Positions 1 through 12,700 are shown, counted from the first letter of the stretch. The stretch: 64,000 bases of DNA from Squalus acanthias (GCA_030390025.1 CM059432.1:138014001-138078000); one strand, 5' to 3'. A program made the numbers and translations. Notes: a model not told the origin generated them from the letters alone.

Positions 1-622
1 TCTGCTGCAGAGGCAAGAATGTTACTCACTAAGGCTGACACATAGATATTCCCCACTCTTGATAATACCATGCTTGCCTGCTCCTAACTTCTTGCTATCT
101 GGAGTGTATAGTCCCTCTAATGTCTGTGGTGTGTGAATAAATATAAGGCATTAATATGGCCCTGTAACCAGGATAATCCTACAGAGTGAACCAGGAACCA
201 GATTAAGGACCAGATGATCTGGAATGAATATTGCATGTCTAGTTGACAGGCTAAATGGGGTATTAGTGATATGCTTTCAAGTAAGAGAGACATTAACTGC
301 TATTAACCAATGGTTTACACACACACATTTTGATTTGCATGAGTACCATCTTTCTCTGCAGCTATCTGTATACATGTTCCAACATGGCAAAATGATGGCA
401 AAACTTTGTAGCATTAATTACCTTTTGGTTAGCCCATCTTATCTGTCAGGTGAAGGTAGGTGATGTTTAATTTGGCATCTGTGGCAGTACAGAAAGTTTG
501 CAAAGAATATTTTTATGAAGTTATTGATATACTATCACAATGATGGCAAAAGAAAAAAAATCTTAAGTGTTTTGTATAATGAACATTCTGATTCATAAAC
601 ACTATTTTGGCATCTCTGTTAG

Positions 623-723
623 CACCAGTGCTCTCTAAGCATTCACGTTCCTGATTATCCTCCGAAATTTTTTGCAAGGCATAACCTTGTGAGAAAATAC
701 CACACTGCACCAGCTATTAACAT
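623..723 (+). other. Candidate orphan exon (HQCSLSIHVPDYPPKFFARHNLVRKYHTAPAIN)
   Basis: tctctgttAG acceptor, AT|GTAAGT donor, only one of three frames open; peptide not recognised. Confidence 0.25.
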
Positions 724-860
724 GTAAGTTAACATCGCAGCACAAGTAAGATAAGACTCCATTTATCTTATTTATATTATACTTGCCTTTGTTCCAGCGC
801 TAAGAGTATTTCTGTACTTTTATCCAGTGTAGTGGTGGGGGGAGGGTTCACTGCTGTGGA

Positions 861-1376
861 CTACATAGAATTTACAGCACAGAAACAGGCCATTCGGCCC
901 AACTGCTCTATGCCGGTGTTTATGTTCCACACGAGCCTCCTCCCATCCTACTTTGTCTCACCCTATCAGCATAACCTTCTATTCCTTTCTCCCTCGTGCA
1001 CTTATCTAGCTTCCCTTTAAATGCATCTATACTATTCGCCTCACCTACCCCTTGTGGTAGCGAGTTCCACATTCTCACCACTGTCTGGCTAAAGAAGTTT
1101 CTCCTGAATTCCCTATTGGATTTATTAGTGACTATCTTATATTTATGGCCGTTAGTTTTGGTCTCCCCCACAAGTGGAAACATCTTCTCTACGTTTACCC
1201 TATCAAACCCTTTCATAATGTTAAAGACCTCTATCAGGTCGCCTCTCAGTTTTCAGCCCCGGCCTGTTCAGCCTTTCCTGATAGTTATAACCTCTCAGTT
1301 CTGGTATCATCCTTGTGAATCTTTTTTGCACTTTCTCTGGTGCCTCTATAACCTTTTTTATAATATGGAGACCAGA
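861..1376 (-). mobile_element. CR1 LINE 3' fragment
   Basis: ORF 920-1216 (-) gives CR1 ORF2 C-terminus (MKGFDRV..HKYK..RNFFSQ..WNSLP); short-repeat tail at the left end. Confidence 0.9.
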
Positions 1377-1633
1377 GTAATGGCGGTCGCACTATATATT
1401 TTTGCGATGGCTTTCATCAAAATTTTGTTTAGTGACTTAGAGATTTGGTTGGGGAAAAGGTCGAGTCACCAAATCTCGCTGTTGCCTCATGCTCCCCAAA
1501 GTAATCTCTCTGGTACTGGAAAATACAAATCATTTACTTGCGGTTTGAAGCTGATTATCATTAAATCTGGAACGAATTACTCATTCTTTGACCACTTTCC
1601 ATCAATTTGTTTTATCGTGATTTAGTCCGCTCT

Positions 1634-2065
1634 AAAAAAAAGACTTGCATTTATATAGCGCCTTTCATAACCTCAGGACGTCCCAAAGCGCTTTACAGCT
1701 CATGAAATACTTTTTGAAGTGTAGTCCCTGTTGTATTGCAGGAAATGCAGCAGCCAATTTGTGCACAGCAAGCTCCCACAAACTGCAATGTGATAATGAC
1801 CAGTTATCTGTTTTAGTGATGTTGATTGAGGGATAAATATTGGCCCAGGACACCGGGGAGAACTCCCCTGCTCTTCTTCAAAAGAGCCCTATGGGATCCT
1901 TTACGTCCACCTGAGAGAGCAGACAGGGCCTCGCTTTAACGTCTCATCCGAAAGACAGCACCTCCGACAGTGCAGGACTGGAGTGTCGGCGCAGAAATTT
2001 TGCTCAAGTCTCCAGAGCGGGACTGGAACCACATAACCTTTTGACTCAGAAGGCAAGAGCACTAA
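1634..2065 (-). mobile_element. tRNA-derived Deu-type SINE (SacSINE1-like) with L2-type tail
   Basis: Matches the full copies at 17.1 and 53.0 kb; tail aaaggcgctatataaatgcaagt on the minus strand. Confidence 0.85.
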
Positions 2066-2159
2066 CAGCTTCGATGATGCCAGTTGCAAATCTGTGGCTT
2101 TTTAACAAAAAAATTAACTGAAGTTCAGAACCTGACTAAGAATAAAGGTGTTAAAAGGA

Positions 2160-2285
2160 AAAGCGTGGAAATCTGAAATAATGGCAGGAAGTAAAAAAAA
2201 AAAGGAAAGGCCCAGCAAACTGAAAAGCATATAAAAAGAGGAAAGATAGAGTAACATTTCAGGTGTACTCCTTCATCAGAATGGA
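2160..2285 (-). mobile_element. Degraded Penelope-like terminal repeat with hammerhead-like core
   Basis: Reverse complement of 2249-2284 reads ..CTGATGA AGGAGTACACCT GAAA TGTT ACT..; flanks align loosely with the 10.5 and 32.7 kb copies. Confidence 0.55.
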
Positions 2286-3324
2286 GAATAAATATTTAGA
2301 AATGGAGATATTTTCATTTTCTCATGGATGAACAAGGACAGACACTTGCCCTGTGGCGTACTGTATATTACGGTACACATATAAAGTACAGCGCCTTATT
2401 GACATTTTTGGTTTATTCCTCTGAGCGTTTAAAAAAAAAAATTATTTTACTGAACAACTGGAGTATGTTCAGTAATCAGCTTTTTTAAAAAAAAATCTGC
2501 TGCAATGTGTAGTTTGAAATCGGATTCTGAGTTGTTCTAAATTTAAATGGTAAATTCATTCTATAACTCCCAAAGCATGCCTCTGTAATGAACGTTATTG
2601 GTGATTCTGTGCTAGTCTTCCTGCGCCACTCACTGTAGACAGACATTAAAGAGGACCCAAGGATGCTTGCTCATACTGTGATATCATCAGATTTTCAGAC
2701 CTCAGTGAACCCTCCTATCTTATTTGCGTAATTTTAAGAAAAAAATCCGTAAAATGTGTTCAAGTAAAAAAAAAATGCTGACTTGCATTAAAATGGGTTA
2801 CCAGAAGGTTATGTTTCATAATAAAAAAAAACAGTTAGCATTGATTCATGTTTTCTGTTAGGAATGTTAATTTAATATTTCTTATGAAATTTGTTGGTCT
2901 TCTGCATTGTACACATTTTTATAAATACTCTAATCGATTGGCTTTGTTGTCCTAAAGAACAGAACTGAAATATAATTTGGGTCGGAGCTAGTTGCAGAAA
3001 AAAGCTCCTTTTAACAAGGAGAGTATACGCTTGAATGAAAATACTGGCCAGCCCATCTGAAAGCAGCATGTTTAGTACATGAGGTACAGAGATAGCTCAA
3101 AAGAGGAAATGAGTTATTTTAGGAGCTTTGTAGTGCAGTGATTTAAGGACTATAATATTGTTTTTGTTCAAACGTTCTTTAGCAATTAAGCAATGGCAAT
3201 ATTGAGACAGAAATTCCTATTTTTTTCTGCTAAGGTGCCTTTTTCCGTGAGATTATCCAACAAAATTATCAGCGGAAATGGGGCGATTGGGCAGTTACAA
3301 AACGATACCCACTCAAATCAATAC

Positions 3325-3825
3325 AACACAGGAACAGGAGGAGGCCATTCAGCCCCTCGAGCCTGTTCTGCCATTCAATGAGATCACGGCTGATCTGTAT
3401 CTTAACTCCAAATACCCGCCTCGGCTCCATATCCTTTTATACCCAAAAATCTATTGATCTCAGATTTAAAATGATTAATTGAGCTGGCATCTGCTGCTTT
3501 TTGTGGGAGAGAGCTCCACGCTTCTACCACACTTTGTGTGAAGAAGTGTTTCCTAACTTCTCTCCTGAATGGCCTGGCTTTGATTTTTACGATTATGTCC
3601 CCTTGTTCTAGACTCCCCACCAGTGGAAAAACATGGTCTTTTTATCCTGTCATTTCCTTTCAAAATCCTAAAAACCTCAATCAAATCACCCCTTAACTTT
3701 CGATATTCCAGGGAATACCAGCCTAGTTTATGTAATCTCTGCTCATAATCTAACCCTTGGAGCCCTTGGTTAACAGTCTGGTGAATCTGCGTTGCACTCC
3801 TTCAAAGCCAATATACCCTTTCTAG
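3325..3825 (-). mobile_element. CR1 LINE 3' fragment
   Basis: ORF 3402-3620 (-): RPFRREVRKHFFTQ..WSSLP..FKSEINRFL. Confidence 0.85.
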
Positions 3826-4024
3826 GATCCTGTCCCTTTCTGATATTAAACTGCAGGGTTTTGCAGGTGGGAACCTTGTGTATTTATGCAAATTGAGGTC
3901 CTGTTATGTCCCCAGTGCAGTTTTAACCAGGGTCTGAGCTAGGCAGCTGCTGGTATGCAGATGGAAGAGGCCCCTTCAGGTTTAGTTTAATGCTTTCCTT
4001 TTTTAGGGCCAGAAGGAGCAGGAG

Positions 4025-4595
4025 TTATGGTAAAACTTTATAAATTATTAGTTAGGCCTTAGCTGGAGTATTGTGTGTCCAGTTCTGGGCGCCACACTTT
4101 AGGAAGGATGTCAAGGCCTTGGAGAGGGTGCAGAGGAGATTGATACCAGGAATGAGGGACTTTAGTTACGTGGAGAGACTGGAGAAGCTGGGGTTGTTCT
4201 CCTTAGAGCAGAGATGGTTCAGAGGAGATTTAATAGAGATGTTCAAAATTATGAAGGGTTTTGATAGAATAAATAAGGAGAAACTGTTTCCACTGGCAGG
4301 ACAGTCGGTAACCAGAGGACCACAGACTTAAAGTATTGGGAAAAGAACCAGAGGCAATACGAGGAGAATATTTTTTATGTAGTCAGTTGTTATCATTTGG
4401 AATGCACTGCCTGAAAGGGTGGTGGAAACAGATTCAATAGTAACTTTCAAAAGGGAATTGGATAAATAGTTGAATAGGAAAATGTGCAAGGCTATGAGAA
4501 AATCAGCAGGGAATTGGAACTGATCGGAGAGCTCTTACAAAGAGCCAGCACAGGTACGATGGGCCGAATGGCCTCCTGTGCTGTACGATTCTATT
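4025..4595 (+). mobile_element. CR1 LINE 3' fragment, apparently inside a degraded GC-rich MITE (about 3840-4860)
   Basis: ORF 4071-4331 CVQFWAPHFRKDVKALERVQRR..LFSLEQR; CR1 3' UTR ending ctgtgctgtacgattcta. Confidence 0.85.
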
Positions 4596-5107
4596 AGAGT
4601 GTTTCTCCACGCACACAATGAAAGTGGTGGTCTCCCCTGCTCCTAATTCCACCATCCCCTTTCGCTTCCCTTCCACGAGACCCTCCCGAAACCCCCTCCC
4701 TGCTGCTTACTTAGAAGCAGGCGTGTTTGGCCAGGAGGGAAATGGAACGGCGGCATTTAAATGAGGCCTGGCCGAGGTCTCCTGCCACCTCTGCTGGTTG
4801 GGGAATTAACTGGATGGAGGGGTTTCCCGCCGGATACCTGCTCCCAATCACAATCCGCACTGTTCTTGGTAGTGGCAGTTAATCTTGATGCATTTGCACT
4901 AACGATCTATTGCTGCTTTTCAAACAATGAATGAACCACTTAACCAGTACAAGTTTGTTAATCTAACCATGGAGTGCAAAATTGTAATTGAGAATGTCTC
5001 AATGCCAACAGAAAGTATGTTGTTTTAGCAACTAGAAGCTCCAAGTCCTTATGAACTCCAAAATGGAGCATTTTGAGGAGATTTTTGGTCGGTCCGGCAA
5101 CACTTTG

Positions 5108-5480
5108 ATATTCAAATTCTCATCCTTGTTTTCAAATCCCTCCATGGCCATGCCTCTCCCTATCTCTGTAACCTCCTCCAGCCCTACAATCCTCCGAGAT
5201 ATCTGCGCTCCTCCAATTCTGGCCTCTTGCGCATCCCTGATTTTCTGCGCTCTACCATTGGCAGCCGTGCCTCCAGCTGCCTAGGCCCTAAGCTCTGGAA
5301 TTCCCTCCCTCTACCTCTCTCTCTCCTCCTTTAAGACACTCCTTAAAGCCTACCTCTTTGACCAAGCTTTGTCCTAGTATCTCTTTATGTGGCTCGGCGT
5401 TTGATTACGCTCCTGTGAAACACCTTGGGATGTTTTACCACATTAAAGGCGCTATATAAATGCAAGTTGTTGTTGTTATT
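5108..5480 (+). mobile_element. L2-clade LINE 3' end
   Basis: Recurrent family sequence ending aaaggcgctatataaatgcaag(ttg)n; encodes FKILILVFKSLHG..PYL..WNSLP-like C-terminus. Confidence 0.85.
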
Positions 5481-5599
5481 GTTGAGGATGTGTGTGCCTC
5501 CATATTCCCCAGTGGCTGAACAATCAGCTGACCTCATCTAGTTTTGTAGGTCAGGCAAGACAGTAGTCTATGGTCTGGCTGCCACTAGTCACAGATGAT

Positions 5600-6275
5600 A
5601 CCAGAACTGAGAGGGTACAACAAAGACTTAACAGGCTGGGGCTATTTTCTCTAGAAAATTGAATGGTTGAGGGATGACCTGATAGAGAGAGGTCTTTAAA
5701 ATTATGAAGAAGTTCGATAGGGTAGACGTAGAGAAGATGTTTCCACTTGTGGGGGAGTCCAAAACTAGTGGCCATAAATATAAGATAGTCACTAATAAAT
5801 CCAATAAGGAACTCAGGAGAAACTTCTTTACCCAGAGAGTGGTTAGATTGTGGAACTCGCGACCACAGGGAGTGGTTGAGGCGAATAGCATAGATGCATT
5901 TAAGGGGAATCTAGATAAACACATGAGGGAGAAAGGAATAGAGGGATATGCTGATAGGGTTAGATGAAGTAAGGTGGGAGTTCCTCCAAGTTGCCCTATC
6001 GCCGATCCTTCATCGTCGCTGGGTCAAAATCCTAGAACTCCCTCCCTAACAGCAGTGTGGGAATACCTTCACCACACGGACTGCAGCGGTTCAAGAAGGC
6101 GGCTCACCACCACCTTCTCGAGGGCAATTAGGGATGGGCAATAAATGCTGGCCTGGCCAGCGATGCCCACATCCCATAAAACTAATTTAAAAAAAAGGAG
6201 GCTCGTGTGGAGCATAAACACCGACATGGGCCAGTTGGGCCGAATGGCCTGTTTCTGTGCTGTACATTCGATGTA
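5600..6275 (+). mobile_element. CR1 3' fragment with nested 3' end (5981-6196) of the LINE family seen at 35.5 kb
   Basis: ORF 5704-5967 is CR1 C-terminus; the CR1 UTR gtgggag|gaggctcgtgtgg is split by an insert ending in an A-rich tail. Confidence 0.85.
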
Positions 6276-6984
6276 AAGCTAAATGCAGAATGAGAACTGC
6301 TGGATCCAGCTAAAGGAAGCAGTTTCTTTATGGACAAAGGCACCCCAGACATCCCCAGTGGAGCATGTAGACAGATGTAGAATGACAGTCTCGCAGTGTA
6401 TCAGGATCAATGACTTCTATCTAATTAAAGAAGACAGTGAGCCACATTGCTGTCACAGAGCCGGACTGTTACAATATCGATCAGAAAAGGCCTGGGTTTG
6501 ACCCTGGTCTGTGCTGAGTTAGCATGTCTCTGCCAATGAATCAGTGGGGCATCTACAGTCCCTATCAACTTCCTAGACTTGGTGGAGTTGGGAAATGCAG
6601 AGAAATTTTCCTAGCCAACAGCTTTGGTTGGAATTATGCATATTTTTGGGCGGTGGGAAGACAATGTTCTGCTACAGTAGCCTTCACAAGGGGGGCGATT
6701 TCCTCTCTGCGCTATTGGTACAGAAATCATCAATTCATTGATAGCGAATCCCTTAAAGATTTTGGTGCACAGTAACCTGCAGTCAGTTAGGTCACTGACC
6801 GTTACTGTCACGTGAAGAATGGTCACTTAGCCCAGGTACTTTTGATGCCCATTGAACAGTATCCCAACGTGAATTGACACTTCCAGAAGAGAGGGAGTAA
6901 AGGGCAGAAAATTGCAGGGAAAAAAAGTAAATTAAAAAAAAATCACTGTTAGCTCTCAATAACACGGCATTTTAAAATGTTTTT

Positions 6985-7092
6985 ATTTATTCACTCACGG
7001 GACGTGGGAGTCACTGGCAAGGCCAGCATTTATTGCCCGTCCCTAATTGCCCCTTGAGAAGGTGGTGGTGAAGCCGCCTTCTTGAACCGCTG
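6985..7092 (-). mobile_element. 3' tail of the 35.5-kb LINE family
   Basis: Matches 35460-35560 (gcatttattgccc..ccctaattgccc..gagaaggtggtg). Confidence 0.75.
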
Positions 7093-7724
7093 AAGCACAC
7101 TTGCCGTTAATGTTAACCATGAAAGGCTAATGTTGGGGGAAAAATGGAACTGAAGTAGAATAACTTTCTACATTACAACAGTGACTACACTTCTAAAGTA
7201 CTTTGGGACGTCCTGAGGTTGTGAAAGGCGCTATAGAAATGCAAGTTCTTTTTGATAGACGCACCCATGCGCTTCACATTGGCGTAATAATTGAGGTCCT
7301 GGAGTGATTCTGAAGGTGCATTTTCTCACCTTGAGGTTTAGATAACAGTTAACAAACCATTTCAGTGCGCAGCCTGAACCTTTGTATAATATTGCGGCAT
7401 TATTTAATCATTCCCAGGTATCTATTGTTTTGCATGTAACCAAAACAAGAGTGCAATTGAGCTGTGATGGTGTTTTCATTTACTGAGTACTGTTGATCTT
7501 TAGAACACAAAAAAAAGTGTGAACTTAATGAAGGTTTCAAATTACAGGTTGTGAAACGGTTACTGCTCACCATGTGGCTTGTAAAATAAAATGGCAGAAT
7601 ATAGCCTCCGCTGCTCAAAAACATGTGCTTGACCCCAAATGGTCCTTCTCAGGCGTCAGAAGCAATTAGGTCATATTGTGCAAGTTAGCCGAGGAAATTG
7701 GTAATGCCACGGATAGAGTCATAC

Positions 7725-8055
7725 GTCTTTCGGGTGAGACGTTAAACCGAGGCCCCGTCTGCCTTCTCCGGTGGATGTAAAAGATCCCCACGGCCACTAT
7801 TTCGAAGAAGAGCAGGGGAGTTATCCCCCGGTGTCCTGGGCCAATATTATTCCTCAACCAGCATCACTAAAAAACAGATCATCGGGTCATTATCACATTG
7901 CTGTTTGTGGGAGCTTGCTGCGCGCAAATTGGCTGCCGCGTTTCCCACATTACAACAGCGACTACACTTCAAAAAGTACTTCATTGGCTGTAACGCGCTT
8001 TGGGACGTCCTGAGGTCGTGAAAGGCTCTATAGAAATGCAAGTCTTTCTTTTTTC
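7725..8055 (+). mobile_element. Deu-type SINE, 5'-truncated
   Basis: Body and L2-type tail match 52975-53420. Confidence 0.85.
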
Positions 8056-8542
8056 TTGTTTTTACTCCTATGCCTGGGGGACCAGCACCAAAGATGATGT
8101 ATGACTCAAATTAGAATCTACGTAGTGAGTGCATTCCAGATTTATTTGAGATAACGGATGTAGTCATTTTATTCTAATGATAACGATCATTTTAGTGCAG
8201 ATCGTAAGTCTAGCACAAGAATATCGCATGGTTTCTGAAAATTCCTGCTGTAATTTCATGTAATTCATATCATTCCCTCTGGGCTTTCATGGAACTGATC
8301 GAAACAGATGGACAAAGCTGGCTCGTTCTATTACGAAGATTTATCAAAATTTAATACAGTTGATGTCTCAACAGTTTTCTGATGTAAGCATATATGTGGA
8401 TAAAAATGGATGTGAAATACTTTAAAAGTATTGAGAGCAGAAATAAATATATTATATAAATGCAATTTTATTTCTGGCTCGTTATCTTCCAGTAAAGCGA
8501 AGAGAAGAATAAAGTGCAAAAGAATTGATTGTTTCACCATTA

Positions 8543-9238
8543 ATTACATAGAAGGTACAGCACAGAAACAGGCCATTCGGCCCATCTGGTCCGTGTCGGT
8601 GTTTCTGCTCCACACGAGCCTCCTCCCACTCCTCTTCATCTCACCCTATCGGCATAACCTTCTATTCCTTTCTCCCTCATATGTTTATCTAGCTTCCCCT
8701 TAAATGCATCTATGCTATTCGCCTCAACTACTCCCTGTGGTCGCAAGTTCCACATTCTCACCACTCTCTGGGTAAAGAACCTAAGAAATAGGAGCAGGAG
8801 TCGGCCATACGGCCCCTCGAGCCTGCTCCGCCATTCAATAAGATCATGGCTGACCTTCTACCTTAACTCCACCTTCCCGCACTATCCCCATATCCCTTGG
8901 TTCCCTTAGAGCCCAAAAATCTATCGATCTTGGCCTTGAATACACTCAACGACTGAGCATCCACAGCCCTCTGGGGTAGAGAATTCCAAAGATTCACAAC
9001 CCTCTGAGTAAGTTTCTTCTGAATTCCCTGTTGGATTTATTAGTGACTATCTTATATTTATGGCCCCTAGTTTTGGTCTCCCCCATAAGTGGAAACATCT
9101 TCTCTACGTCTACCCTATCAAACCCCTTCATAATCTTAAAGGCCTCTATCAGGTCACCCCTCAGCCTTCTCTTTTCTAGAGAAAAGAGCCCCAGCCTGTT
9201 CAATCTTTCCTGATAGTTATAACCTCTCAGTTCTGGTA
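8543..9238 (-). mobile_element. CR1 3' fragment with a second-subfamily CR1 (about 8776-9010) nested in it
   Basis: Host matches 861-1376; insert has the (ttcttatg)n-type tail of the 48.2-kb subfamily. Confidence 0.85.
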
Positions 9239-10016
9239 TGAAGGAGAAAAACTCCATTAACAATATACAATACAATACAATAGTTCAGAAACCGCGGTGA
9301 CTGATGTAACACAAGGATCCCAGAGCAATAAGCTTACGTACATTAAGTCAGAGAATAGGATATGAATGTTATCGAAAATTAATTGAAAACACTGATATAT
9401 TTCTTATGGGAGTGACGATGTCTATTGAATGCTTTTGTTCACTCTGATAGACAGACTCTCAGTAAATCTCTGTAGTGGGGTTGCTTATTTTATTCCAATA
9501 TACAATACCACATTTGCTTGATTACAACCAGGTGGTCTGTATTTTCTTAGCAATGCACTGACAAATCTCCCCCCACCGCCACCCCGCACCACCCCCCCTT
9601 CCCCTTTACTCAAATCATGTGGGGTTTTTTTGAGTCATAAGTTTTATTTCCTCAGATTTGGAGTCTCTTTGGGATTTTAACTACACATAATAAATTCTGT
9701 AATGTAGACAGTTAAGATACCCATCTTCGCAGCATTTTAGTTACAGATATAAATAGAACCAAGCCTCTTGTCAGCAAAAGTCCAGGTTTTTTTTTGTCCC
9801 CCGCCCCCCCCACACCACCTCCTCAACCTCCATTGATCAAGCGTAATTTCTGGTCGAGTGTCTTTTTTATATCGGCTAAACGAGCGTTGAATCTGTTGAG
9901 AATTTGACTCGTGTTTCCGACTATAAATGACGCAAAGTGGACGCTTTGAATTGGTGTCAGATTAAAAATGGCCTCAGACAAGAGGCCTATTTAGAAAATG
10001 TGAAGTAGGCCAACAG

Positions 10017-10283
10017 TTCTGGCCTCTTGAGCATCCCCGATTTCGTTCGTTCCACCATTGGCGGCCGTGCCTCCAGCTGCCTAGCTCTGGGATTCCCTCC
10101 CGAAACCCTCCGCTTCGCTCTCCTCCATTATGACGCTCCTTAAAACCTAACTCTTTGACCAAGCTTTTGGTCTCCTGTCCTTAATATCTCCCATATGTGG
10201 CTCGGTGTCAATTTTGTTTTCTGTGAAGCGCCTTGGGAGGTTTTTACTACATTAAAGGCGCTGTATAAATGCAAGTTGTTGTT
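10017..10283 (+). mobile_element. L2-clade LINE 3' end
   Basis: Same family as 5108-5480. Confidence 0.85.
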
Positions 10284-10689
10284 AACAAAAGGGAAGGTCT
10301 GTGATGGGATGGAAGGCAGGAGAGATTAAGAGAGATTAAGAGATGGTGCAAGGCAAAAGGAGATGGTCATGGGACAAGTTAAGAAACAAAAGATGGCTCT
10401 AGATGAAGTGTAAATGGCACTGGCAGAATGAAAGACAGCTGCCATGTGGAAGAGAGACACAGACCTTCCCTTTTGTTCTTTCCCTGCTCCCCCACTCCCT
10501 TTCCCTGCCCCTACACTTGCTTAAAAACCTGTTCCATCTCCAGCTGTTTCCAGTTCTGACGAAGGGTCATTGACCTGAAACATTAACTCTGTTTCTCTCT
10601 CCACAGATGCTGCCTGACCTGCTGAGTATTTTCAGCATTTTCTGTTTTTATTTCAGATTTCCAGCATCCGCAGTATTTTGCTTTTGTAT
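10284..10689 (+). mobile_element. Penelope-like terminal repeat with 5' inverted segment
   Basis: 10284-10455 is inverted relative to the 32.5-32.7 kb copy; aacaaaagggaaggtctgtg pairs with cacagaccttcccttttgtt near 10458; ends cagcatccgcagtattttgc like 32860-32878. Confidence 0.75.
10552..10588 (+). ncRNA. Minimal type I hammerhead ribozyme motif (partly decayed)
   Basis: AGTT-CTGACGA-A-GGGTC-ATT-GACCT-GAAA-CATT-AACT: stem I AGTT/AACT, core CUGANGA and GAAA, stem II present. Confidence 0.65.
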
Positions 10690-10750
10690 CAGTCCTCTGA
10701 AAGGGGGAGGCGGGCTCTGGCAGTAGACAGCAGGGATGCATTCTGGCTGG

Positions 10751-12315
10751 ATGGGTGAGGGGGAGGCGGTTATAGAAAGGCCACACAGGTTCTCAAGTAC
10801 AGCTTTGGAGGACCTGGTCGAGGCTATTGACAGGAGGAGGGAGGTCCTGTTCCTCCCCCCCCGGGGGGCATAAAGCCCTTTAGACAACAGCTCCGGTACC
10901 AGTGCAAAGAGGTCGCTGCAGAGACCAATGCCAAGAGCTTACTCCCAGGACATGGCTGCAATGCAGGAAAAAGTTCAATGACCTCCCTAGAGTGGTCAAT
11001 GTAAGAATCTTAACTCTCACACTAATTATTCTCTCCTCGTACCTGCACCACCTCCATCCTCACAACTCATAAGACTCCCGTCCCCAGCTTCCCTTCATCA
11101 CTCCTACAGTCACTGCTCCACACATCACTCCACTTCCTTCTCCTACTCACACACTCTGCACTTCCTACTCCTACCACTATTGCAACCCTCAGTTCCCCAC
11201 ACCTCACATCTTGCACATAACACGAACTATTCGACCTTAACAGGCACATTGTCAAAACACCACACAAGGCTGTCACGAACACACTCCCTTCTTTCTTGCA
11301 GGAGAAGGTCACGCACAACATGCGCCAGGAGGCAGCAAGCTGAGGAGGTTGAGACCGCCGGCACACCTTCTCCCCTTTGGAAGAAGTGCTGGCCATCACT
11401 GGCTGGGAGAGAGTCACGGCCGTGGCGAGTGGCAATGCTGGAGGAAACGTCGCTCAGGGTTTCTACACATCTCATCCGCTTTTTTCCCTTCTTCTATCTC
11501 CCTACGCACTCTGCATGACAAACTGCAACTGCTTTCACCAGCTCTCTCTCTCTGCTCTCCCTTCACACTAAAAGCTAACCCTTGCTCCCCTGTTCCATTT
11601 CAGGTGCTGAAGATGTGGACATACCTCTGCCACTTTAGGTAGAGGAGGCCAGTCTTCCTGAAGATACAACGTCACTCAATCTGACCGCAGCGAGCACCAG
11701 CTCCGAGACTGGCACCATCTGTACTTTAGAGGGTAGGTTGGAAGAGGGGTCTTCACGTGGTGAATCACCGGGCACAAGTGTCGAGGAGCCAGGGCAGGGG
11801 GATAGGATGCCACAAGTGCCAGCTCGCCGGAGGGCAAGACCATACACTAGCTCTTCTGCAGAATACTCAGATGCTGATTTTGAGGGCCCAGGCTACTGAA
11901 GAAGGCAGATGGTATACACCAGGAAATGCTAGGTACACTGGCAGCCTACCAGCAAGCTTGTGCACAATGGCTTAGAGAATGGAGGAGTCCAGCTCCAACT
12001 TGTGTCAGGGCTTCATGTAGAGAATGGAGACCATTCTGTCCAACGTGGAATAAGTGGTGGTGCCCACCATGATGAAGCCTCCACTGTCGGCTCTGACAGC
12101 TCACACTGCTGCCATGGAAGCTCAGACAGTTGCCATCTTGGCTCTGGGGACCAACATTGACAGTGGCCTCCATGACTCCTGCACTCTGTTCTCGCGCAGT
12201 GCGGTAGGAGTGCTGAGGCGCAGTCCTGGGAGAGTGGCCGTGACTCCATGGGAGAGGCACCTGCTGTCCTTTCTCAGGATGACAGCATGCCTGCTCTCAC
12301 CGCCATCAGATGCCA
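10751..12315 (+). pseudogene. Harbinger Myb/SANT DNA-binding protein gene, frameshifted, probably 3 exons
   Basis: RPHRFSSTALEDLVEAIDRRREVLF..EVAAETNAKS..PRTWLQCRKKFNDL, donor GTAAG at 11001, acceptor ttcttgcAG before 11302 (EKVTHN), further acceptor before 11604; stops and frameshifts. Confidence 0.8.
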
Positions 12316-12325
12316 GGCTGATGAT

Positions 12326-12700
12326 GGGGAGCACGCAAGGCAGTGTGGGTGCAGACTATGGCACCTTGGACCCTGGGGAAGCTCACAATGCAGGGAGAAG
12401 CCGCGTACTCTCTCGTCCTGCTTCACTCTGTCCCTTGGGAGTGAAATGTAGTTGTTCCTCTTGCCGTAGAGAGTCTCGGAGACCTCCCTGATATAGCAAA
12501 CTGGGAGATAGCGCTGATGTCAGCTGTGGTAGCCTGGAAAGAGCCTGTTGTATAAATGTTAAGGGCCACGGTGACCTTGAAAGCCACAGGCCGTGCTGTC
12601 CATGGCCTGGTTTGAGGTTCCAGTTGTGGCTGCAGCAGGTGATCTAGCTTGGTGTCAGCCTCCTTGGTGAAGGACAGCACTTAATTTGGACAGTGCACCA
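12326..12700 (-). pseudogene. Harbinger (HARBI1-like) DDE transposase fragment
   Basis: LQPQLEPQTR..PVAFKVTVALNIYTTGSFQ..ISQFAI, then after frameshifts CYIREVSETLY and FPRVQGAIVCTHTALRAP (GAIDCTH motif with the catalytic D lost). Confidence 0.85.

Noticed and set aside
6485..6900. Possible ancient SINE-like element (also about 53470-53550)
   Set aside because: Too degraded to assign a family or boundaries by eye.
9408..9460. Hairpin resembling a SECIS, C/D snoRNA or pre-miRNA (TGACGA..CTGA; TGTCTAT/ATAGACA)
   Set aside because: Too short and interrupted; lacks the SECIS apical AA geometry and normal C/D box spacing.
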